Source: a virus
Length of the DNA: 64,000 nt
Reading direction: 5' to 3' (one strand)
Virus record (IMG/VR): IMGVR_UViG_3300037193_001436
Location: 1 to 64,000 of that record
Positions 55,089 to 64,000 of the stretch are shown here, piece by piece (position 1 is the first letter of the stretch; every line of letters starts with the position of its first letter). A program made the translations under genes and the position numbers. The notes beneath the pieces were generated by a model that was given only the letters and a program-made list of their open reading frames with translations, was not told the origin of the DNA and did not search any database.

Positions 55089-55470
55089 ACTCCTCGTCGT
55101 CCTCCTCCCCCGGCTCGTCGGAGAAGAACGCCGAGGGCGGCACCTGCTCCATCAGCCCGAATGCCATGGGGTTGGGGTAGGACCACATATGCATCGGGAA
55201 CGTCTTGCGGATCCAGCGGCGCTGCATCAGGTTGAAGCCGCCGAAGATCCCGTACTGTTCGTTGTTGATCAGGGCCCTGCCGAGGCAGGCCGCGCGCATA
55301 GGGCATTCCTGGCCGTCGTAGGTGCCGACGCAGATCTCGGCGGCTTCCTCCTCCTCGTCGAACCAGGGGTCCCGGCCTCGGGTGACCTGGAACTTGCGAC
55401 ACTTCGCCTCTGCGAACCGGTCGCCGTCGGCTGACCAGTCCGGCGCGAGGCGTCGTGACTTCAGGACCAT
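55060..55470 (-). CDS. whiB: WhiB-family transcription factor
   Basis: Four Cys, 'DPWF', 'CPMRAACL...YGIFGG'. Confidence 0.88.
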   Translation of the reverse strand: MVLKSRRLAPDWSADGDRFAEAKCRKFQVTRGRDPWFDEEEEAAEICVGTYDGQECPMRAACLGRALINNEQYGIFGGFNLMQRRWIRKTFPMHMWSYPNPMAFGLMEQVPPSAFFSDEPGEEDDEEYADHQKAAS

Positions 55471-55775
55471 CCAGCGTCCTCCCGCATCCGCTCCCAGTCA
55501 TCCTTGTTCATGACGACCCAGCTACTCCCGGCCATTTCGATGCCGAAGGCAAACTCTCTGCCGTCCAGCAGGGCGTGGTTCTCCGCAACCCGCAGGTCGG
55601 CCAGCCGCAGCGTGAACTGGCGGGACTTGGTGGTCTTCAGCTCGACAGACCAGCGCTCGGAGCGGACGTCGTTCTTCCGGGACCAGGTGTTCCCGGAGCC
55701 GGGTGTGGTCCGGCCGCCGAGGTCGTCGGCCCAGTCACGTTCCTGGCGCTGTGAGCGCTTGAGGTCGTCATTCAT
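55461..55775 (-). CDS. Hjc-like PD-(D/E)XK resolvase/endonuclease
   Basis: 'QERDWA...GSG...KNDV...VELKTT'. Confidence 0.8.
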   Translation of the reverse strand: MNDDLKRSQRQERDWADDLGGRTTPGSGNTWSRKNDVRSERWSVELKTTKSRQFTLRLADLRVAENHALLDGREFAFGIEMAGSSWVVMNKDDWERMREDAGWS

Positions 55776-55928
55776 GGCGGATCCCCAGCAGTGCTTCAGC
55801 CCGGCGGGTGCCCGCCTCGGTGAGCCGGAAGCGGAGCTGACCGTCGGGGTCGACGCCGACGATCTCGACGAGTCCCTGCTCCACCAGCTCGCTGAGGTCG
55901 TGTTCGGTGGCGGCAAGTTCGGGGTCGC

Positions 55929-56132
55929 TCATGGCTGGCCGTCCGTGGGCTTGTACTCGTATTGATTTACCAGCTCCTGGATCTCACGGATGTGCTCGCG
56001 CTCCTGCTCCTTGAACAGCTCCTCGGCGCGGTTCAGCCGGGCGGCCAACCGGATGGCGGCGGTCAGGATCCAGGAAGTCATCACCATCCAGAACACCGAC
56101 AGGCCGAGGAACAGCCAGGCCCAGCCAGTCAT
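55929..56132 (-). CDS. Small membrane protein
   Basis: N-terminal TM. Confidence 0.65.
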   Translation of the reverse strand: MTGWAWLFLGLSVFWMVMTSWILTAAIRLAARLNRAEELFKEQEREHIREIQELVNQYEYKPTDGQP

Positions 56133-57298
56133 GCGACCTCCCGGTGACGGCGGTGGATCGTTCGGACTCCGGCGTTCTCGGCACTGGTGAGGTCGGACTC
56201 GGTGACGCCCTTCTTGCGCAGGGGATCCAGAGCCACCTCACGTACCCGCTGGCCGATCTCGTTGCAGAGGGCAACGTCCTCGCGGATGCCCGCGAACATG
56301 GCGTCCTTGCCGGTCCACTTGCGGTCTCCGAAGCGGAACGTCGCGCCACCCCGGGTGATCACGTCGTACACCAAAGCCATCGCGACCAGTTCCTTGGTGA
56401 CGTCATAGTCACCACGCTCGAATCCGAGCAGCGGCGCGTCGCGGAAGTAGAAGTCGATGTAGGCGACCTGCTGGGGTGCAGCGGACTTGTTCTTGATGGT
56501 GCGGACCTTGATCTTCTGACCGACCTTGATCTTGCCCTTGCCGGGCGTGGCCTGCTCGATCCACTCGTCCCTGGCGACCTCGACTCTGCAGTAGAACGCG
56601 TAGTTCTTGGCGTTGCCACCGGGCGAGGTCTTCGGGGTGCCGTGCGGAGCGTAGGCACCGATCTTGTCGCGGTACTGGTTGATGATGAACCCCAGCATCG
56701 GGCGTTCTTCGAGGACCAGGGATCGGCGGGTTGCGGACCCGGCCTTGCGGAAAAACTTGCCCGTCAATCTGGCCCCAAGGGCCATCACCGCCTCATCCAT
56801 CGCCTTCTCCTCTTCCTCCTTGGGGATGAGGGCCGGGTAGGAGTCGAGGACCACGCAGTCGACGGCGCGGGCGGACGCGTACTTGAGCATCGTCTCGTAG
56901 GCGACTTCCATCTCCTGGGTGGGAACGACTTGGACCCGGGAGTTGTCGACGCCGAGGGCGGTGGCCTGGTCGACGTCGTAGTGCTCGGCGGCCACCCAGA
57001 GCGTGGAGAAGTCCGGGTCGAGTTGTTGGTTCGCCGCGATGGTCTTGAGGACGATGGCCGTCTTCCCGTGGCTCTCCAGGCCCAGGATCTCGGCCCACTG
57101 ATTGCCCGGCCAACCGCCTCCGAGGGCGACGTCGAGACTGAGACTGCCGGAGGTGTACCGGCGCGCGACCCGCATGTCGCTGGCGAGGACCACCGATCCC
57201 TCGCCGAGGCGCTTGTTGAGTTCTGCGGCCAACGAAACTGCCTCGACGCTGAGTCCCACGGTGATGTCCTTCCGAGTGGTGTTCGGATCGGCACTCAC
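56129..57298 (-). CDS. recA: RecA-like recombinase
   Basis: 'SGSLSLDVALGGG', Walker A 'GLESHGKT', 'VVLDS', 'INQYR', 'PGGNA'. Confidence 0.95.
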   Translation of the reverse strand: MSADPNTTRKDITVGLSVEAVSLAAELNKRLGEGSVVLASDMRVARRYTSGSLSLDVALGGGWPGNQWAEILGLESHGKTAIVLKTIAANQQLDPDFSTLWVAAEHYDVDQATALGVDNSRVQVVPTQEMEVAYETMLKYASARAVDCVVLDSYPALIPKEEEEKAMDEAVMALGARLTGKFFRKAGSATRRSLVLEERPMLGFIINQYRDKIGAYAPHGTPKTSPGGNAKNYAFYCRVEVARDEWIEQATPGKGKIKVGQKIKVRTIKNKSAAPQQVAYIDFYFRDAPLLGFERGDYDVTKELVAMALVYDVITRGGATFRFGDRKWTGKDAMFAGIREDVALCNEIGQRVREVALDPLRKKGVTESDLTSAENAGVRTIHRRHREVA

Positions 57299-57592
57299 TC
57301 TAGGGACCCGGATAGGCCTTCCGTAGTTGGTTAACCCGAATCATCAAGTGCATTCAGGTGGTCTTTCCATAACGCGATTGCCTCGGGCAAGGAGTGGACC
57401 TGGCCGAGGGTGTCGTAGCCGGTGAACCGGGACGATGGTCTAACAACTTGGCTCATGCAGGAGCAGCGCACGTTGAGGATCTTGGCGTTGCTGTTGGTGG
57501 GGGCGGTCAGCCGCAGCCGATGCGGGAGGTCCCGCAGCTCGGCGAGGTCGGCGTCGTTCAGGAAGGACCAGTTCCTGTCCACGACCGGGGCC

Positions 57593-57958
57593 TCAGCCGA
57601 CGCGCCCGATGATGTTGGTCGGCTGATAGTTGTTGGTCGTACTGACCTGGCGCGAGGCCTGCGCGGGTGCGGACTGTCCGGCAGGCAGTCCCCCGGCACC
57701 GGACTGTTGCCCGAAGCGCGGGTTGTAGCCGCAGTCGTAGCAGCGCACCATCTTGGTGGAATCGCCGGGGCTGCCGGTGTAGTTGCCGGACCCGCACTCG
57801 GGGCACGCCTTCGTCGAGCGGCTGCTCGGAGCCTTGGGATTGATCTGGTGCGTGGGGGCCACTGTGTAGGGCGCGGTGATCGTTGGCGGGTGGTACGTCG
57901 TCGCCGGTATGGCGGCCGGTTGCACGTTTCCCAGACGCTTCGTCCAGAAGTCACTCAT
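57593..57958 (-). CDS. Zn-ribbon protein
   Basis: CPECGSGNY...RCYDCGY. Confidence 0.75.
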   Translation of the reverse strand: MSDFWTKRLGNVQPAAIPATTYHPPTITAPYTVAPTHQINPKAPSSRSTKACPECGSGNYTGSPGDSTKMVRCYDCGYNPRFGQQSGAGGLPAGQSAPAQASRQVSTTNNYQPTNIIGRVG

Positions 57959-57964
57959 CGGTGG

Positions 57965-58354
57965 TCACCTACCTATGTACCCGTCGTTGACCTGTACCAC
58001 CTCTTGGCTGACCAGGTGCGCGAGCAACCCGACGCAACTGGCCCGGACGATCTCGCTGACGACCTCCTCGGTGAGGGGTGTCGGCGAGATGCATTCGGCG
58101 TCCGATTCGACCAGCATAGCGGCGCAGATGACGGCCTTGACTACCGGAAGAATCGGCCGCAGATAGGGCTCGATTTCGAGCAGCGGATCGAGCCGCCGGT
58201 GCGAGTCCTCGTGCTCCATGTCCTCGCCCTCGTCCCCGGGCGGGACCAGATCCATCCGCCGGAGTACGACCGGCGACAGGTAATGCGGGAGCATGTCCCA
58301 GGCCATGCGCCGGGTGAGCAGCGGGCGGGCGTCGATGCCTTCGATGTTGTTCAT
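57965..58354 (-). CDS. Hypothetical protein
   Basis: ATG overlaps pol stop. Confidence 0.65.
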   Translation of the reverse strand: MNNIEGIDARPLLTRRMAWDMLPHYLSPVVLRRMDLVPPGDEGEDMEHEDSHRRLDPLLEIEPYLRPILPVVKAVICAAMLVESDAECISPTPLTEEVVSEIVRASCVGLLAHLVSQEVVQVNDGYIGR

Positions 58355-60333
58355 TTGGCTTCGCTCCAGCGGTCGACGATCTTGAGGTCGGCCGACAGTG
58401 GGACCTTCACCAGGTCCTGAATGCCTGGGCCGAGCATGGCCTCGCGCATCAGTCCGGCGCACTCCTCGGCCCGGTCTTCCGGGGTGCGGACGACCAGCTC
58501 GTCGTGGACCGACAGCACCAGGTCCATCTCGTCGGGCAGCAGCTTGTCGAGGCGCACCATGGCGATCTTGATCAGGTCGGCGGCGCTGCCTTGGATCTGG
58601 GAGTTGACGGCTTGCCGTTCGGCCTTCATTCGCTCGCGGTCGCTGCGGGAGTAGATGGTGGGGAGCCTGCGACGGCGGCCGAGCAACGTGGTGACGTAGC
58701 GGTTCTTCCGGCAGGCACGGATGATGTCGGCCCGGGTCTCGTAGATTTCCGGGAAGGCACGCTCGTGCACGGCGAGGAACCGCTTGGCCTCGAAAACCGT
58801 GATGCCTGCCATGGATGCCACCTTGTCTGGTCCGGCTCCGAAGACGACAGCGAAATTGATGCCTTTGGCAACTTGTCGAAGTGCGAGTGCGCCGGGGTCC
58901 CCGGCTTCGACCCGCTTCATGAACTTGCGGGCGTCCTCGCCGATGAGGGCTGCTGCGGTGGCCGAGTGGGGGTCGACTCCCTGGTAGAAGCCGTCGAAGA
59001 GTGCACCGTGGCCGCAGAAGTGCGCCAGCACCACCAGTTCTATCTGGCCGTAGTCGGCGACGCAAAGCTTTTCGCCAGGCAGGGCGTAGAACAGGCCACG
59101 GATCTTCTTGCCGTTCTCGCTACCGGGCCGGGGGACGTTCTGCAGGTTGGGTTCGCGGCAGGAGAATCGGCCGGTGACGGTACCGTACTGCACGAGGTCG
59201 GCGTGCACCTTGCCGTCGTAGATCCTGCAGGGCTTCTTCGGGTCGGCCGGGTCGCCGAGGTAGCCGGTGACGTAGGTGCCGTGGAGCTTGTCCAGCTCCT
59301 GGTACTTGAGGATGCCGTCGACCAGCGGGTTGCCTGCGAACTGTTCGAGGTGGTCGGCCTGGGTGGTGTAGTCGACCGGCAGGATCTCCAGTCCGGCACG
59401 CTTCTTCTTCATCCCGCCGGGTGTCAGGGTGGTGCCCTTGAGGCCCTGGCCGCCTTCGGACTTCGGCCCGAACAGCATGGTGGCCTTCTGCGGGGTGGAG
59501 TCCAGGTTGAATTTGGTCCCGGCGGCGCGGTACACGTCGGACTCGGCCAGCACGATCTGTTCGCCGAGGTCCTTGTCGAGGTGGGCCAGGACGTCGGTGT
59601 CGATGTCGATGCCTGCCATCTTCATCCGGCACAGCACCGGGATGAGGGCTTCCTCCAGCCGCCGGACGCGCTTCAGTTCGGGGAACTTCTCGAACATCGG
59701 GTCGAACCGCTTGAACAGCAGCCAGGTGTAGCGGGCGTCCATGAAGGCGTAGTGCGCCACCTTGCTGAACGGGTGGATCTCGACCTTCTTGCCGACGTTC
59801 TCGTGGTCGTACTTGACCCCGTAGTACCGCTCAGTTAGTTGCTTGAGGCCCTTGTTGAGGATGTTCTCGTTGAGCAGCCACTGCAGGACGATGGTGTCGC
59901 AGTGCGGACCGGCGGCGAGCTGGTGGTCGTAGTACTTGGCGATGGCAACGAAGTCGAAGACCGCGTTGTGGGCGATCTTGGTGATGTTTTCGTTGAAGAA
60001 CAGGGGTTGCAGGGCTTCGAAGACCTGGCCCGGCCGGAGTTGTTCGGGTGGGTCGTCGTACTCCGGCGGGAACATGTCGAACTTGCCGGTGACCTTGTTC
60101 TTCTTCCGGGTCGCCTTCTTCAGCAGCCGGTCGCCGTTGGGGTGGCCGAAAGGGATGGCGACTGCCCGCCCGTAGCTTGCCAGCGAGATCCAGTTGAGCT
60201 GGTTGCGGGTCGGTTCGCCTCGGAAGTCTCCCATCGCCTCGGTGTCGAACACCACCGCGTCCTGTTTGCTGAACCAGGAGGCGACCTCGGCCAGGTGCTC
60301 GGCATCGAGGACGACGTTGGAGCTGAACCCCAT
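58351..60333 (-). CDS. polA: Family A DNA polymerase (3'-5' exo + pol)
   Basis: 'FDTE', 'HNAVFD', 'YAFMDA', 'TVTGRFS..PNLQN', 'DYGQIEL', 'R..AKGINF', 'QGSAAD', 'VHDE'. Confidence 0.97.
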   Translation of the reverse strand: MGFSSNVVLDAEHLAEVASWFSKQDAVVFDTEAMGDFRGEPTRNQLNWISLASYGRAVAIPFGHPNGDRLLKKATRKKNKVTGKFDMFPPEYDDPPEQLRPGQVFEALQPLFFNENITKIAHNAVFDFVAIAKYYDHQLAAGPHCDTIVLQWLLNENILNKGLKQLTERYYGVKYDHENVGKKVEIHPFSKVAHYAFMDARYTWLLFKRFDPMFEKFPELKRVRRLEEALIPVLCRMKMAGIDIDTDVLAHLDKDLGEQIVLAESDVYRAAGTKFNLDSTPQKATMLFGPKSEGGQGLKGTTLTPGGMKKKRAGLEILPVDYTTQADHLEQFAGNPLVDGILKYQELDKLHGTYVTGYLGDPADPKKPCRIYDGKVHADLVQYGTVTGRFSCREPNLQNVPRPGSENGKKIRGLFYALPGEKLCVADYGQIELVVLAHFCGHGALFDGFYQGVDPHSATAAALIGEDARKFMKRVEAGDPGALALRQVAKGINFAVVFGAGPDKVASMAGITVFEAKRFLAVHERAFPEIYETRADIIRACRKNRYVTTLLGRRRRLPTIYSRSDRERMKAERQAVNSQIQGSAADLIKIAMVRLDKLLPDEMDLVLSVHDELVVRTPEDRAEECAGLMREAMLGPGIQDLVKVPLSADLKIVDRWSEAK

Positions 60334-60551
60334 CAGTCGGGGACGCGCTCGATGGTGATGCGGTACGCCGACTTCAGAAACGAGAATCCCAGGTCGATCT
60401 GATTGGTCGCGAAGCCGTTCGCGTCGACCAGGGCCTCGATGCTGGTGACCTGGTTGGTCTGGGTCATCAGCAGGATCGCCAGCAGTGCTCCGGCGGCTAC
60501 AAGGTTGTTGTCATGGTCGTCATGGTCGGGGGCTACGGGCCGAGTCGCCAT
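60333..60551 (-). CDS. Hypothetical protein
   Basis: Fills operon gap. Confidence 0.6.
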   Translation of the reverse strand: MATRPVAPDHDDHDNNLVAAGALLAILLMTQTNQVTSIEALVDANGFATNQIDLGFSFLKSAYRITIERVPD

Positions 60552-60552
60552 G

Positions 60553-61566
60553 TCAGTACTCGTCGTCGAGGTTGTTGTCGGCGATCACCTTGTTCAGCTC
60601 GGCCTTGGTCTTGACGGTGTAGATCTGGTCGGCCTCGAACAGGTTCTCTTCCAGCTCGTCCAGTTCTTCCGCCGTCAGGGGCTCGGTGTCGAAGTCCTCT
60701 TCGAGGTCGCGGGCCTTCACCGGCCGGACGCTGGTGGTGTAGCGGTCGTTCTTCTTGGTCCGGGTGATGGTCCAGTAGATGTCGTCGCGGTTGAGCGGGC
60801 TGGTCTTGGGGTTCTCGGCGAACTTCTCCAGGATGTCGCCGACCTGGGTGCCTGCCGTCCAGAGCTTCACCTCCGGCGGGTTCAGGTCCATGTCGGCCAC
60901 GTTGAAGCAGACCTTCACCGACGGCCGGTCGCCGAGTTTGTTGCAGAACGGGCAGTCATCGCCCAGGCAAACGTAGGAGCGCCGCTTCTCGTCCTTGCCG
61001 TCCTTGATGGTGATCCAGTGCTCGGCATAGGACGCGACCGGCTCCTCGTCGAGGATCTTGATCAGCATGTCGGTGTTGTCGAGGATCTTCAGGTTGTCCG
61101 CGAAGTCGGACTTGACCGAGTCGGCAGCCTGCCGGTAGCCGCCCCAGCCCTTGCGTGCCGTAGAGCCACCCCGGCGCTCTGAGCGCCCGCCACGGCCTCC
61201 GCGCTCCTCCCGGTCGTCGCGGCCCCTGGAGCTGCGTCCACGGCGCTCTGAGCGCTCCTCACGGTCTTCTGTGGAGCGGCTGCGCCGGTCGCGGCGGTTG
61301 GCGAACTCGTCCAGGCCGCCGGGGTGGTCGGCGAGGTCTTCCCGGGAGCCGCGACGGCGGCGCGGGCGCTCCTCCTCGGGCTCGTCTTCCGGCTCGTCGT
61401 CTTCCTCGTCGTCGGAGAACCGGCTGCGGCGGTCGCGGCGGCGCGACTCCCCCTCGTCGGGGTCCTCGTCCCGGCGGCGTCCCCGGCGCGATCGGCCCTC
61501 GTCGGCCGCGTCCAGGTAGTCGTCGGTCTCGGTGTCCTGACTGCGTCGGCGGCTAGTGCGCGGCAC
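60553..61566 (-). CDS. gp32-like single-stranded DNA-binding protein with long charged N-terminal extension
   Basis: 'EHW...YVCLGDDCPFC', acidic C-terminal tail, next to polymerase. Confidence 0.7.
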   Translation of the reverse strand: MPRTSRRRSQDTETDDYLDAADEGRSRRGRRRDEDPDEGESRRRDRRSRFSDDEEDDEPEDEPEEERPRRRRGSREDLADHPGGLDEFANRRDRRSRSTEDREERSERRGRSSRGRDDREERGGRGGRSERRGGSTARKGWGGYRQAADSVKSDFADNLKILDNTDMLIKILDEEPVASYAEHWITIKDGKDEKRRSYVCLGDDCPFCNKLGDRPSVKVCFNVADMDLNPPEVKLWTAGTQVGDILEKFAENPKTSPLNRDDIYWTITRTKKNDRYTTSVRPVKARDLEEDFDTEPLTAEELDELEENLFEADQIYTVKTKAELNKVIADNNLDDEY

Positions 61567-61828
61567 GGGTGCTCCTCTTGTTCAGGTCGTCCAGGTACGA
61601 GTGGATGTAGCTGTCTTCTTCGTCGGTGTGGATCCGCGCGTCCTCCAGATCGGGCGCGGTGATGATGTCCAGGGCCTCGTCGAGCATGATCGTGGCCAGC
61701 TCGACGTCACCCGGCTTGCCGCCGGTGATGACCTTGACCGAGGCGAACACCTCGACCGACTCGTAGTTGCCCATATTCACGTGGTGCAGCCGGGACTTGG
61801 AGATCTCGATCTGCGAGGGGTCGCTCAT
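61553..61828 (-). CDS. Hypothetical protein
   Basis: 'VNMGNYESV' motif; ATG overlaps upstream stop. Confidence 0.7.
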   Translation of the reverse strand: MSDPSQIEISKSRLHHVNMGNYESVEVFASVKVITGGKPGDVELATIMLDEALDIITAPDLEDARIHTDEEDSYIHSYLDDLNKRSTRAAH

Positions 61829-62283
61829 GACGGCCCGTCCTTGGCCGCGAGCTGCTTGAACAGCGCGAGGACCCGGGCCTTGAAGTTGGTCGACGCGATC
61901 TCGCGCCGGTCGTTGGAGAGCAGGCCCTCCTCGTTGGCGATCTGGATCATGCCCTCGATCTGGGCGCGGGTGTACAGCCGACGGCGGCCGTGCTGGCTGC
62001 CGTTCTTCCCGGCCCGCTGGTAGGTGGACTTGGGGATGATGCCCTTGCGCTCCCACTGCCGGATCGTCAGCGGCTTGCGGTTCATCGCCATCGCCAGGTG
62101 CCCGACGGTGAAGAACTCGGTGTCGACGCCGTTGCGCTTGTAGATGCGGGGCTTGTCGTCCCACCCGTCGGTGCTGGCCTTGGCCGCCTCGGGGTCACTG
62201 CGGTCGATCTTGCGCTTGCTGCCGGGGTAGTACTCCTCGGCCAGCTCGGCGACCTCTTCGTCGTACGTCATCGGCTCACTCAC
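61825..62283 (-). CDS. MerR-like HTH DNA-binding protein
   Basis: 'FTVGHLA...TIRQWERKGIIP...RRLYT'. Confidence 0.8.
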   Translation of the reverse strand: MSEPMTYDEEVAELAEEYYPGSKRKIDRSDPEAAKASTDGWDDKPRIYKRNGVDTEFFTVGHLAMAMNRKPLTIRQWERKGIIPKSTYQRAGKNGSQHGRRRLYTRAQIEGMIQIANEEGLLSNDRREIASTNFKARVLALFKQLAAKDGPS

Positions 62284-62722
62284 TGATCGGGCGGAAGGCG
62301 AACGTCTCGCGCTCGGCGAACATGGAGTCGAGTTCGGCGTCGGTCAGCAGGCCTTCCTGGTTCAGGACGTAGACCTCGTTCTGGTCGATCTCGCGGATCA
62401 CGACCGTTGCCCGGTTCCACAGGCCCTTGTCCTTCAGGACCTTTTCGGCCACCTCGGTGTCGAACGACTGGCTCACCCGGCGCTGCTGCTGGAAGCCGAC
62501 GTACTGCTTGTCGCCGTACTCCAGGGGCTCCGGCAGGGTGAAGTTGCGGTGTCCCTTGTCGTCGGTCTCGCCGTGCTCGACGACGTGCTGGGTCAGCTCC
62601 TTCTTCAGGCCGTCGATCCGCTTGGTCGACGTGGCCACCTCGTCCTTCAGGACCAGGAACTGCAGCAGCTTGCCGACGATCGTCCCCGTCGACCGACGTC
62701 GGACGGTCCTGGTGGAAGCCAT
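62276..62722 (-). CDS. Hypothetical protein
   Basis: 148-aa ORF heading replication operon. Confidence 0.75.
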   Translation of the reverse strand: MASTRTVRRRSTGTIVGKLLQFLVLKDEVATSTKRIDGLKKELTQHVVEHGETDDKGHRNFTLPEPLEYGDKQYVGFQQQRRVSQSFDTEVAEKVLKDKGLWNRATVVIREIDQNEVYVLNQEGLLTDAELDSMFAERETFAFRPISE

Positions 62723-62805
62723 CGAAACCCCTTCTCGCTACTCGACTTCAGAGGACGTTAGCGGAACGGGTTCCGAGAACCTAGTAAACGTAGTTGTTGT
62801 ACCGG

Positions 62806-62848
62806 AACAAGAAGGACCCTCCCACAGGAGAGGTCGTGGGAGGGTCCG
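62806..62848 (-). terminator. Intrinsic terminator
   Basis: GGACCCTCCCAC...GTGGGAGGGTCC followed by TTCTTGTT on - strand. Confidence 0.75.
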
Positions 62849-62890
62849 TTCGACGGTCGGGGTTGAGACGACCCGTCGGCGGTGTCAAGT

Positions 62891-64000
62891 CTACGAGGGT
62901 GTGTCGGCCAGATAGGAGGTCAACGAACCGACCGTGTTCTCGATGACTCCCTTGCTGTCGGCACCGACTCCGTCCAGGGTGGCGCTGGCCACCTGGCGCT
63001 TCATGGCCAGCATCTCGTAGGTGCGTTCCTCGATCGATCCGCCGATCAGGTAGTTCAGGATGTAGACCTGCTGGTGCTGCGACCCTACGCGGACGTGGCG
63101 GCCGTTGCGCTGGTCCATCTTCCCGGCCGACCAGGCCAGGTCGACGTTGATCAGGTAGTTGGCCTGCGGGAGGTCGACCCCATAGCCCCCAGCGTCCGAC
63201 GAGACGAACAGCCGGACGTCGGGCTCTGTCTGGAACAGCACCCGCGCGGCGGCCTTCTGCTTGACACTCATGTCGCCGGTGTAGGTGACCGCCTGCGTGT
63301 GGGTGGAGCCGAGCCGGTCGGCCAGTTCCTGGACCATGTCCTTGTAGAACGAGAACAGGATCACCTTGGCGTCCGGCTCGGACTCCAGAATGTCGGTGAC
63401 GTCGGCAACGATCTGGTCGAGCTTGTTCGAGGGCGCATCGACCAGCAGCCCGGCCTCCATCAGCCCGGCGGCATAGGCCGACCCCTCCCCGTCGCCCTTG
63501 AGGTACTTCTCGGCGGACCTCTGCAGGAGCCGGGGATGGTCGCAGAGCATCAGCATGGCGCTGGTGCGAGCCATGATCTCCCCGGCGGCGCTGCCGAGCT
63601 GACTGGGCAAGGTCCCTGCGTAGTACTGGGTGAGGTCGAAGCTCTGGGTCATGTTGGCGTCGGCCAGCGCGGTCTGCAGATCCCCGGCGATCCGCTTGTA
63701 GAGCTTGCGGAGGCTGGGGTGCAGGGTGACCTGCCGGACGGACTCCTGGACCTGCGGCAGGTACTTGGCCACATCGGGGTCGGTCCTGGTCTTGCGGACC
63801 ATCGCCTTGCTGACCTTGCGGTGCAGGACCTGCAGGTTCTTGTACTTGACCACCCCGCCCCAGTTGTTGCGGACGATGAACGAGCGGTCGAACAAGTCGA
63901 ACCGGCCGAGCACGTGCGGGTCGACCCACTCCATGATCGAGTACAGCTCCTCCGGCCGGTTCTCCACCGGCGTACCGGTAAGGGCGTACCGGAACGGTGC
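62891..64000 (-). CDS. SNF2-family helicase (5'-truncated by window edge)
   Basis: 'LTGTPVENRPEEL', 'KVILFS', 'GGYGVDL', 'QRNGRHVRVG'. Confidence 0.93.
   Translation of the reverse strand, partial: APFRYALTGTPVENRPEELYSIMEWVDPHVLGRFDLFDRSFIVRNNWGGVVKYKNLQVLHRKVSKAMVRKTRTDPDVAKYLPQVQESVRQVTLHPSLRKLYKRIAGDLQTALADANMTQSFDLTQYYAGTLPSQLGSAAGEIMARTSAMLMLCDHPRLLQRSAEKYLKGDGEGSAYAAGLMEAGLLVDAPSNKLDQIVADVTDILESEPDAKVILFSFYKDMVQELADRLGSTHTQAVTYTGDMSVKQKAAARVLFQTEPDVRLFVSSDAGGYGVDLPQANYLINVDLAWSAGKMDQRNGRHVRVGSQHQQVYILNYLIGGSIEERTYEMLAMKRQVASATLDGVGADSKGVIENTVGSLTSYLADTPS

Larger units (their letters stand above)
1..64000. mobile_element. Segment of a large temperate actinobacteriophage genome (non-structural part)
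   Basis: Dense co-oriented small ORFs with 4-bp overlaps; PolA, RecA, WhiB, Cas4-like, RuvC-like, endolysin, serine integrase with attP-like site; no host housekeeping genes. Confidence 0.9.

Overview
High-GC DNA from a large temperate actinobacteriophage (or phage-like element), with almost all genes on the - strand. No capsid, portal, terminase or tail genes are recognisable in this window. The right end (52-64 kb) is a replication/recombination block: SNF2 helicase (partial), MerR-like HTH, gp32-like SSB, family A DNA polymerase, RecA, WhiB, Cas4-like exonuclease, two resolvase-like nucleases and SpoVS. The middle carries an M15 endolysin, a nucleotidyltransferase/HAD/TGT(DpdA)-like cluster and a large serine integrase with an intact attP-like inverted repeat, so the element appears unintegrated. 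The left 41 kb is an accessory region of small genes including ArdC, a DUF2637/SpdB-like protein, a SAM methyltransferase, an Lsr2-like protein, a collagen/membrane cassette and several HTH regulators. Most interesting signals: (1) seven otherwise dissimilar small proteins, mostly enzyme-like (GNAT, three ParB/Srx, two ART-like, one unknown), share an N-terminal tag [H/N/D]-L-x-[P/T]-x-Q-F that recurs at the C-terminus of two more proteins, a candidate virion-targeting/ejection signal; (2) a seven-copy hairpin-promoter cassette plus a CCACCAC start-associated box heads the putative early genes; (3) two tRNA-shaped RNAs lack a normal anticodon arm; (4) the TGT-like protein has Ala where the family nucleophile Asp is expected. 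All calls are from motif recognition by eye; no database searches were run.
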